From: Lingula anatina
Lineage: Eukaryota; Animalia; Brachiopoda
Direction of reading: 5' to 3'
DNA: 64,000 nucleotides
NCBI GenBank assembly: GCA_051362555.1
Contig: CM120644.1
Coordinates: forward strand, 5,402,954 to 5,466,953
Made by a program: the position numbers and the translations under genes. Shown one piece after another: positions 39,655 to 50,606 of the stretch; the first letter of the stretch is position 1; each line of letters opens with the position of its first letter. Under the pieces are notes generated by a model. The model was not told where the DNA came from. It made no database searches and saw only the letters and a program-made list of their open reading frames with translations.

Positions 39655-42600
39655 AATTTAAAGTTTTTTTAATTACTAACCAAATATATTTGGTTTACTA
39701 TGACCCAAGATAAACCTGTAGTACTGAAAACGAAACTGAATATTCCGCGTTTACAATCTTTTCGACTTTTGTTTTAGTGGCCATTTTCACATTTATCTCG
39801 ACTTGAAAAAGAACACAGTTATGTACCCTAAACACTACTTAAATCATATATAGGCCTATGTGTTTACCTCTTGGAAAATAATGCGATTATTTGACTCTAG
39901 AAACATGTATACAAGCACGATTCTACGGCACAAGTTGATTGCGACCGATTGTTGCCTTAATCATCAGAGATTAACTCACTTATTTCAAATGGTGAAATAA
40001 GAATATTACTATGCGTCATATAATGACGCTATTCAGGTCGAATAAAAGTGAATATCTATTTGGATCTGAATTATAAACCTACTTTAAAATACTTTCAGTG
40101 CCTTGTGCGGAAAATGGAAAATGCGTTGTGGAGAAAAAAGGCGTGATAGAGGACAGGCTTCATAATAACGATAATTGCAATACAGCATTTGGACAATATT
40201 GTGTTTGTGAAGATGGCTACGAAGGAGATGGATATACCAGCTGCACTGGTAAGTAAGAAAAGGTCCAATGTCCAGTTGATGATAATAACGTAACGTGTAA
40301 CTCCAGTGGAACTAGCACTCCCACCTCCACTTAGTTTCTGACTACTGTTTTATTCTGCCAAAGTCCAGTTGCCCCGTTTGTAGCTTAAATTACAGGTCCA
40401 CAAATGCCAGTCAATGCCTTTTGGGTAAGAAGATAGTTACTCAAACATTTCATTCTCAGTGCCCGACCTTTTTTATTCCGAGAAGACAATACAATGAAAC
40501 AGAAGGTAAATGCACAAACATGCCATACAATACAATGGACTGCATTAAAATCACAATTCTATATATATATATCTAACTATAGATATTTTGCGAAATCGAC
40601 CACAGAGCTTAAAGTGCGCTTATATGTCAAGACAGAGCATTCCATGTTTTCTTTCAGATATCAACGAGTGCGACGCCAACCTTTGTTTGAATAACGCCAC
40701 CTGCGAAAATCGCCCAGGCAGTTTTAAGTGTTACTGCCCTGGAGATATATGGGGATCCACTTGCAACAGAGGTATGCTGTAGCTGTTTAAAAGTGTATAC
40801 CTGATCATGGGGCCTGTTAACTGTAAAATCAGTTTTAACTTGAAGACCAAGTGTGTGGCTTACTCTGACCCATGATAATTTGATAGTGTCAAACGAAATA
40901 AAGTATTGCGTCTGATTTCTTACAAGAAATAAATGGCTTCTTTTTTAGACCAATAATCATTTTGTAGACCCCTGTACATTTTTCCTTCATTAAAATGCAT
41001 CATACGTGGTTCCTGGCCACTGGTAAAACCTGAGGTCGCAATAGACCCGTTAAGAACGAGGTCGCAATAGCTACTGCTCACTAACTCTGAGGGCACTCTC
41101 GATTAAAGCAATCAGATTAACAAACTAACACGCCTACTCCTGTAGTCAACGTATTCGTATTATCACCAGATTCTCTAAGGCTACATTCAGAATAGGGGAC
41201 TAACTAGTCCGAGGGTCAAATATGGCCGACCCACTTGAATACTTCCCCACGGGATGTGTTTTCAGTGTCTTTTAGCGGATCAGACGGCAAGCTTTGTTTT
41301 GGTTAGTCTGAGTTCTGAATGGGTCCTATGTTTAATGTACTCAACACCAAGAGACGACGCATGACACTATTTACAAACACAAAGTTAAGCCAGTAAGTAA
41401 CTGATAATGAGATGATCTTGTATGGAAGACAACAAACGTGTGTCCAAATTTACCTCGTCTACTTATAAGTCAGCGGCGGATTTCTGTTTTGATCAGTGTT
41501 GAATAATTATAACAAAACTATTGTAGTGGGAAAATGTAAAAGCAGGAAGTCACTTATACCCGATATCTTTTAAGATAAATGTGAATGTTCATATTCCGAT
41601 ATTCCACAGGTTAAAAGAATTCTGCTAACAGATTTTTCTTATCATTTGCTTTTACTGGAATCTTGATTTGAATGCCATATCGAGAAGGGGCCTAACGCCT
41701 ATCTCTTGGGATAAAAGTTAAAATGAGACATCACGAAACAATTTTGCCCTTTAAGAATTAATGTGAGCTAACATTTGACTCTAGCTGATATTGATGTTTG
41801 CTAATCTACACGTTGAAATCGGTTGAATATGTCCCATCAACAATGAAGGCCTGAAATGTCTCACGTTTTTCAAATGTTTCAATGATATACATTCAAGTGT
41901 GTTATTTAATGACTCAAGTCTGGTTGATTATAATATTTAAAGCTACACATTAAATTATAATCTTGTTTTCAGTGCCGTGTGCGACAAATGGGAAATGCGT
42001 TGTGCAGAAAAAGTGGGGAATAGAGGACAGGCTTCATAATAACGATGGATGCAACCAGGAATATGGACAATATTGTGTTTGTCTTGACGGCTTCGAAGGG
42101 GACGGATATACCAGTTGCATTAGTAAGTAAAAAAGTAAAAAGAAAAAAAAAAAAAAGGAAAAAAGGTCCGGTGTACACAGCAACTAATTTAAAAGACAGT
42201 TTTATAGAAAATAAGCCCAATTTCTACCTTCAAGCTACTTAACGCATTCTCCTTTAAAATTCCTGTATTTCTGTTTGTATTATGTAAAAAAATACCAAAA
42301 GAGACAATTCATATCTAACCACCTCATTATAAAAAATAATGACCAATTCCAAGCTAAAATACCCAGTTGTCCAAACTTCCTTCGCGCATTGACGTCACAA
42401 CTTCCGGGACAATTTAGTATAATCGGTATCATATCCAGAATGTTTCAAAATATTCTTTTTATTGAGAAATTTAGGAACTAAATTAAATTAAATTAAATGT
42501 TCGTCTGATTTGACCGAAGATTAATCAGTTATGGTCCAATGAATAAACATTGCGTCTGTTTGACAACAGGAAATATAGGGCGTGTGTTACTGGCCAATAC

Positions 42601-43053
42601 CTATTAGATGTTAGTGAACTACTCTGGATTTAAGCACCAGTGAATTAAAAATTAAATTAAAATTAAAACTCCCCAGACAGGACGGGAAGTTGAGTAAGAA
42701 TGTGTAACTATATTCCGAGGGTCCGTTGTTCTAAAGGTCTGCTATTCCAGAGATACAGATAGAACGCAAACAGCAAACTTTTCGAATAAGGGCAGCTATC
42801 GCATCAATAATCTTTTTCGGGATAGCAGGCCCCTCAGAAATGCGAACATTCGGAATTGCGCACCGTCTACACTTCGGAATACTGGACTATCGGAACAGCT
42901 ATCAATATCTGATTGAGGCTCCTTAAGTCTTTGGAATTGCGGACCCTAGGATCAGCGCACCCTCGGGTTATAGGGATTTCTGTGAGTTAAAAAAACGTGA
43001 ATGTATAAAACATAAAATTGACATATTTTCATTTTTTTCTAGGCTCCACCTAA
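38558..43053 (+). CDS. Small secreted protein with three EGF-like domains (about 170 aa)
   Basis: All-phase-1 exons. 38558-38642: signal-peptide-like MGLMFNPHLVLALMTWTFLCPSQCNGAQ. 40099-40248: VPCAENGKC...YCVCEDGYEGDGYTSCT. 40658-40771: calcium-binding EGF DINECDANLCLNNATCENRPGSFKCYC. 41973-42122: paralog of exon 2. 43043-43053: SST*, followed by AATAAA at 43071. The EGF exons are firm; the first and last exons are inferred. Confidence 0.8.
41179..41326 (+). mobile_element. PIF/Harbinger-like MITE, family B, copy 1
   Basis: GGCTACATTCAGAATAGGGGACTAACTAGTCCGAGGGTCAAATATGG...TCTGAATGGGTCC; matches 49890-50056 and 60715-60851. Confidence 0.75.
42705..42975. repeat. Degenerate TTCGGAAT/ATTCCGA motif array (MITE-like)
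   Basis: Repeated TTCGGAAT..CGGACC motifs in both orientations. Confidence 0.5.
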
Positions 43054-43814
43054 TCAACTCCCACATGAAGAATAAAAGGAAGTAATCTATCTGCAAATGA
43101 GAACAGATAATCCAAAAAAACATAGAAAGAAAACAACTTTATCCGCGGACGAGTTAAATTACATTGGCATTTGCTGCATCCACCCAATTCGTGAAGATGA
43201 CAATATAGTTCAAGGACGATATAAATTACATTGGCATTTACTGTATCCACCCAATTAATGAAGATTACAATAAAGTATTTTCGGCTCTGCATATAGTGTT
43301 TTCAGTGTGGTCTTAAAACGTCTCATCATTCTCACTCTTATGACATTGAAGAGCTACATGTATGGACCTCTGCCCTCGACACATCAAATTAATTTAACAT
43401 GCATATTAAGCGAGTGCTAATGATTGACACTGATCTAAACCAAATATCACTACACGTATGTTTCAAATATTTTTCCCCGAAGAAATATTGCAGAGTTTTG
43501 TTGAATTATGACCTGAAATTGATGTTTGCACAAATACTGGTATTTTCTGCTTACCTCCTGTGCTTTACATTATGCAGGGAAAAAAAAGTAGGTCGTATTT
43601 TGGTTTCAAGCAATCTTTGACCCCATATAGTATATAAGGTACATGTCCCGTGATGTCGTTTCAAACCATTTCCATTCTCGAAAGTGTAAATTCTATTTTT
43701 TGCTTTTGTTTAAAAAAAAATCTAAAATAATAAATAATGAAGGCCGTTAACCACACGAAATTTTTCTAAGTCGTCAGTAAAAAGCACACACACACAAACA
43801 CACACACAGACCTT

Positions 43815-43858
<44 letters not shown>

Positions 43859-43899
43859 ATCTTGACACAAAACTTCTGATTCATGAAACAGTAATCTGT

Positions 43900-43935
<36 letters not shown>

Positions 43936-45762
43936 GGTACACGTAAAGGCGTACATGGTAAGGCGTACATGGTACAGTGTACACTATTAGTGTACACTAT
44001 TAGAGGGTCAGTCCGTTGGTTAGATAAACTAGACAATTTCGAGCGTAAAAAGCGTCTTGCTCGCCTCAACTTAACCACCATCATATATATTGATATTCAT
44101 TATAATTGTCATTGAGGCGGTATGCTAGTATTATTAATCACATGGTTCCCACTCTCTTTCTCTCTCTCGCACTCACGCATGAACACACACAGGCACACGC
44201 ATACACACACATGCACGCACGCAGTTGCACATAACTTAAATATATATATATGGCTACGACAAGTCGTGTAAGTGACTAGGTTCATTGACAGCGTCACTAC
44301 TTGGAGTGGATACCACATTGGTGCCAAAAGACTAATGGAAGCCGTCAATGAAAACCTGAAACAGATCAAATATTGGAATACTCAGGGAACCACTTGACCA
44401 TCATTTGATAGGGGACACCTTAGGAACAATTTTAGGTTGCACGATGAGTTTGTAGGTTCACACAGAGCACTTTTAATAGCAGATAACTTACAGAACCAAG
44501 AGAATGAGCAGCAACCTTGGTAATCAAAATCGGCATATTTGAACCACATAGCCAATATTTGTGTAGGTCATTACTCTCCGAATCAATGGCCTGCATGTCC
44601 TACAACAAAACTGAACCAAACTGGACAAGTTTTAACCGTTGCCTGGAATTTTATGCCAGATAAAACTCTAAAAACTTATCCTAAGGAATGCCTTGCCTCT
44701 TGAAAGCTCTGATAGCAGCAAGATGAGGTCCGGCGTAACAGCAACCTTTGCTATGACTAGACACTGACATGAGGGGCCTTTGTGGGGCTGTAACTATTTT
44801 AAAGACGATAATTTGGAAATATGGAGATCCAAAATATTGCTTTCAATGGTTGTCGTAAGACTTAAAATAGGCAATGTATCTTTGTTTGCTTCACTGGCGA
44901 ATTCAATTAATACACTGATGACACAATGACATCGAACAGATGATCAAAAGTTTTTAAAACACGATTTTATTCCTTATTTTTATATAGCAGTCAGCTATAT
45001 ATATATATTCGCAGTTTACCATTTTACATAGGTAAAACTTTTGAACTGAAATGAAATGGGACAATGCAATTAACTGTTTATTGCCATTCCATATTTCTCT
45101 ACACGGACGACCCCTGGCCTGACACAAATACTTAAAAGAAGTTAGATATCGCCCATCATTTAGGATACAAAAGTTAGAATCATTTTACATGTTTTCAAAA
45201 TTTTCCAATGCTAAGACAATCATTGTGTTGGATATCATTTCTAATTTAACTGTGTTGCAATAAAATGAATATTGCACTCTTTAAAAGTAACAATTGTTAT
45301 AATTTTGGGTGGTGCAGTACGTGTACGTAGAAATTGGGATAAAATGTCTTGGCCTCTCAACTTCCTCAGGGCTATGTGAAAACAGAGGTTGTAATGAATA
45401 GATGGCATGTTAATAGTCATCGTGAGAATTACAAGAGAATTGCAACAGCTTTGAATGGCACATTCTCTAGCCATGCTCCAATGCCGTGGTGTGTCACTGC
45501 AGGAAGAAAGGAGGTACATAAGGTTATTAAATGCAGGCTTTGATAAACAAGAGACTGCCAACACATCTCAATTAAAAAACACCCCTTTGGAATCTTTTGG
45601 AATTCTATCGGACGTCCTATAGAAGACTAAGATACACGTCTCATAGGACCTAATATTATTTTGGCCAATTTCCTACAGGTTTATAGTGAGGACTTGTTAG
45701 TCTGCTATTTAAAAACTGATTCACCATTTAACATCTTTCAGAATTGTTTTGGGATATTTAGT

Positions 45763-46030
45763 CATCATCATCATCATCATCATAATCATTCACCAAAAGT
45801 GTTCCACTGTATTCTGTCTTGGACTTCACACTTCCAGTTTAGTTTTTTTTTTCAGTATTCGTCTAATTCATCAATCCATCTCTTCGGAGGCTTCCCTTGT
45901 TTCCTATATCTATATCTTGGTGTCCATTCTGTCACCCTTATTTTTCATCCGTTATCTTTGATCTACTGATATGTCCTGCCTGTCCCCATTTAATTTCTTT
46001 AACTGTAAGTAGTACATCCTTTGGTCTATT
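45763..46030 (-). mobile_element. RTE-clade LINE 3' end with (ATG)n tail
   Basis: Minus strand KWGQAGHISR...RVTEWTPRYRYRKQGKPPKRWIDEL, followed by a (TGA)n tail, seen as (CAT)n at 45763-45790. Confidence 0.8.
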
Positions 46031-46059
46031 CTCTTATCCACTTGATGGTCATCCTACCT

Positions 46060-46380
46060 GTATAATCGCTGCGACCTTGCTGCTACAAGCTGATAAGCGA
46101 TTGCTACAGTCCTGCAACCGGTTTTCAATCACCAAGTGGTTGCAGACAGGTTGTTAATTGCTCGGCAAACGTTGTGCTACTGGTTACCTAAAGCTTGAAG
46201 AAGATCTAAACGCAGTTGCAGATATCATACTGCAACCTTGTTGCAACCGGTTTGCGACTGCCTGCCGATCAAAACTGGCCAAAGCTTCTTAACTGGCTTG
46301 CAAAGTGATCGCAAGCGACCGCCAGATTGTGTGGTTGCAAAAAGGTTGCCAAAAGGTTGCAAGCGCAGTGTGACCAAGCC

Positions 46381-46383
<3 letters not shown>
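46060..46383. mobile_element. Harbinger-like element end with GGTTGCA subterminal repeats
   Basis: Many GGTTGCA/TGCAACC motifs ending in CAGTGTGACCAAGCC followed by TTA. Confidence 0.55.
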
Positions 46384-46430
<47 letters not shown>

Positions 46431-46494
46431 AAAGAAACAGTTTCAACCTATTCCGGCATTAATAATAGAAAAAGCGTATCAGGAAAAATATCTT

Positions 46495-46804
46495 TCCATT
46501 CTAACATTAAACTGATCGTGATGCAATGATCGTTTTGTCACTGTTTCTCAATAAACTGTTGAAATCTCTCCAAACAGTAAAATCCCATGAGCACGCCTAC
46601 TTAACTCCTGACTAATTTGCATAGAGCTATACCGTTAACAGTAAATATACTAGTGTATGTTTATATTAAGATATTGTGATTGGATAGTTGTATTTGTGTC
46701 ACGTCAGTCACCAAGGAGACATTAACAGTAACAATATATACGTGGACGAAACCTGTTCCGGGACGTTTCATTGCTGGATCAGACTCCAGTCCGAACAGGT
46801 AAGG
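46495..46804 (+). promoter_or_regulatory. Likely promoter and non-coding first exon of the GABA-B-like receptor
   Basis: Octamer ATTTGCAT (46615), CRE-like TCACGTCA (46699), donor CAG|GTAAGG at 46798/46799. An acceptor at 47439 precedes ATG 47534. Confidence 0.55.
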
Positions 46805-47533
46805 TTAGTTTTATCGGGATGAAGCATTCCTTTCATAAGCACAATGTCCAATTTACATTTACAATTAGGATCACATCATGAGCAGAAATATCATCCAGTT
46901 TTCTGTGAACCTTAATACGTATGTGTGACTTTACTATTATCTACACTGTAGTTATTTTGTCAACTATACGGACTTAGGTGAGACAGTTGACCTATAGCAT
47001 ACACTGTAACAGGCCCTTACTTCGTGGCTCCTGTATTGGGAGACAACAGCGAAGGTTTTACAACGATGTAAGTGAAGTTAGAATGAATGTGTACATATTT
47101 GCTGTGAAATTAAGTAATAATGATATTAAAATAATAAATTATTAAATGTTAAATATATTAAGTTTTAAATTCATTTGAAATGTTTAGTAGACTTTAAAAA
47201 GTAATAAAACTGTGATATAAAATATGAAATGAATAAATATACAATACATAGTTTATAAAAATGTAATGATCATGATTAATAACTGTTATTATTTAAATGC
47301 ATCTGTTCATTAGGTTCACCGGTACATTTGGCGACATGAATTAAGATATGTTTGTGGATTTTTGTCTTATTTACGTAATTCCGAGTTTCAACACAGATTA
47401 ACAACAGCTTAATTTCCATGATATATCTTCAAACTGCAGATTACTTTCTCGAAGTTAATCAGGTGAGGACAATTCGCTGTCATACGGACACGGTTCAGCG
47501 ACAAGCCTGTTATACGAATTTGTGCGTTTAAAA

Positions 47534-50500
47534 ATGGAAGTGTTTGACAGCATTGCGCTGTTATTGGGCCTGTGTCTCCGTGTTACTGCAGGCGCTGATA
47601 TTTACTTCGGTATGCTCACTCCGATTGGCACGCCCAACGAGCAAATGTATGGCCCTGTTCAGCTGGCCCTCAACGACATCAACAACCATCCCGAAGTGCT
47701 GTCAGGGCACACGCTGCGTCTCGTCATCAAAAACACTTCGGTGAGTGGAGTAAACCCATAATTCATTCTTTTTGGTATGTGAATCAAGGATGCATGAATA
47801 TAATTTTAGTGTGCCTGAAGCATTTTTAATCTGTTATTTTCAATATGAAAGCAGAAAAAATATGTCAGAAAAATGTGCACAATTTGAAAAGCTCTAAAAA
47901 CATTCATTTGATATTAGATGTTTAAAACAAATACTACACACACTGGACAATAGAAGTGTCACCCCCTAAATCAGAGTAATAAAAGTAGGCAGATCTTGGG
48001 TAGTTATAATGCCTGGTCTACTTATAATGTGACTAATGAGTATAAAACCGATATACCATGGAATTGTATTGTTGGTCTTGTACATGTACAACAAATGTTA
48101 TTCCTGTCTTCCTCAAATATGGCAAGATACAGGCAATTATCTAACGGTTGTAGGTGCAAGTTATTAACCTGAAGAGGCGGAATATAAGCAGTGTCAGAAT
48201 ATCGATACAATTGAATTGTTCAGTCAGAACCATGCATAGGGTCTGGTCTCGGTATAGAAACACTGGATCAAGAGACAAATTGCCTCTGATGGGTCGTCCA
48301 AAAAAAAACCACTGGCCGTGAAGACCGACGACTGATTTTGATGTCCAGGTTGTCAAAGTTCTACATTGCTTGTCAGTTGACAACACAGTGGAACATTTCA
48401 CACATAAGCATCTGTCTGTGAAAATTACTAGGCGTCGGTTACATGCTCAGAGAGTGTACAGCAGGGTAGCAAGACTGAAACCTCTTATATCGTTACAAAA
48501 CAGGCAACATAGAGTAAACTAGGGTCAACAGGATCTGGAACTGGACAGTCCATGCCAATTGGTCCTATATATTTTTTTTCTGATGAGTGTCGCTTTTGTC
48601 TGACCTCTGATGACAGACGGGTACGATGCTGGCGAACTGCTGGTTAAGCATTTAAACCACATGCACTGAATTTTCGAACCCGGAGCAGCATATTTATTAT
48701 GGTGTGGGGCTGCATCAGCATCCATGGCGTAGGCAAATTGATAGTGGTTGATGGAAACATGAATCACTAGAAATATATCGATGTTTTGGAGTCAGGTTTG
48801 CTACCATCTATTACTAACATGTTTGGTGACTGGAATTATCCATTTGTTCACCAGGATGACAATGCTCCTTGTCACAGGCCCAGAGCAGTTGATGATTGGT
48901 TTGACCAACAGGGCATTCGCAGGGTGATGTGGCCTGCCCAGAGTCCGGATGCAAACATAATAGAAAATGTGTGGAATGATATGTCAAAACTTTTTACAAA
49001 TGCCCGTCTAACCAGCAGAGAAACTCTGATATATTCAGTGTTTCATACTTGGGCCAGCATAAGCCCTGAACGCATCAGACATTTATATGAATCCTTGCCT
49101 CATAGACTGGCACCTATTATTAGGTCACGTGGCTATGCCACTAAGTACTAATTTTGGACTTGAAACTGCATATTTTGGTAGAATGTATATTTTGTTCTCA
49201 TTTTGTGATTTTTTTTGTGAAATTTGATGTTAATAAAATGATACTAGGAGCATATCATTGCACAGTCATTTATCTCCCCCATAGTATTGGTTCAGTAGGG
49301 GTGACACTTCTATTGTCCAGTGTGTGTACTTCAACTTTTAAGTTGTTAAAACATAACTGGACCGGTCGACTTTGTGACGCACCTATATGTTATTACTCTA
49401 CAGTGATTTTTACCCCTTTCACAAGTTTGCTGCCGTTAATTAAAAGGGGATGTCGGGCGTGGGGGTTCAGTTGAGATGAATTTCTCACGTAATGGTAAGA
49501 ATATTTCAATGATTGTAACTTATAAGTTGTAGGTCTCTCACGGTGGACCGGCCTAACAATGCTTCTCGAAAAATAGGGTCTCAGTCGACTGGTCTCGACG
49601 CCATCTTTTAAACATTTCCATTTGTCCTTAATGTTGTTCGCTTCTTGACACTGTAAATAGTTCAGTCATGTATTTCGTGTAGTTACAAAGGAACAATCAA
49701 GCACGTAGGCCCGCACTATATAGGCTTGTTTACATTATATAGGCTTGTTTACCCGCACTATATAGGTTATGTAGGCTTGTTTACACTATATAGGCTTTTT
49801 TACCCGCACTATATATCAGGGTTGTTTACAGCTGACATTATTGCAGTAGCTTTATTAGTACCACCCGTCTTTGCACACTGTTTGTTCAAGGTCCCGAATA
49901 AGGAACTAAGTAGTCCGAGGGTCAAATATGACCGACCCACATGAATACTTCCTCACGGGGAATCTATATGTCTTTTAGCGGATTAGACGGGAAGCTTTGT
50001 AGTGGGTCGCCATTTTTGACCATCGGACTAGTTAGTCCCCTACTCTGAATGGGGCCTATGATTACAGGGTGGCGATCTAATCCCTCTGTTGTCCCATCCA
50101 TGGTCGTTGTAATTGAAGAAGGTTGAAAACCGAAAGAGTGATATCATGTAGTAACCGAATCGCTATGGTACGGCCTGCTGAAATGATGATAATGAAAATA
50201 AGATAAGCCAAAGCTGATTGTAGGTTGAACTCAATCAGAAAAAAAAAAAAAAAGCTTTAAAGAACAAGATGAAATTAGCGTGTGTACGGAATTTAAATTT
50301 CCTTATTAGCCGAGGGGCGCCATATTTATGTACATTACAAGGCAACCCCACTAGTCATTGGCATTGCGTAAAGGCAAAAGCACGTGTAATTCAAACACTG
50401 ACGCGCTTTTCTATGTAAGGTTCAGAAGTGGGTAGCACATGATCCTCTCGGATTTTATTTTGATCGTTACCTTAATGTGAGAATAGCTGAATAGACTGAA

Positions 50501-50563
50501 TAAAACGAAATGTAAAAATGTCAAACTGTAAACAACGTTTGATAGTGTTGAATGATGTGGCTG

Positions 50564-50606
<43 letters not shown>

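Noticed and set aside
45370-45513. Exon-like open frame GYVKTEVVMNRWHV...AGRKE flanked by AG and GT
   Set aside because: No recognisable domain, and phase 0 does not fit the phase-1 EGF gene; left unassigned.
42122-47534. Fusion of the EGF exons to the GPCR (EGF-flytrap-7TM receptor)
   Set aside because: A phase-1 splice into the 47440 exon is out of frame with ATG 47534 and hits TAA; the next GPCR exons are phase 0; the GPCR has its own signal peptide and the EGF gene has a plausible terminal exon.
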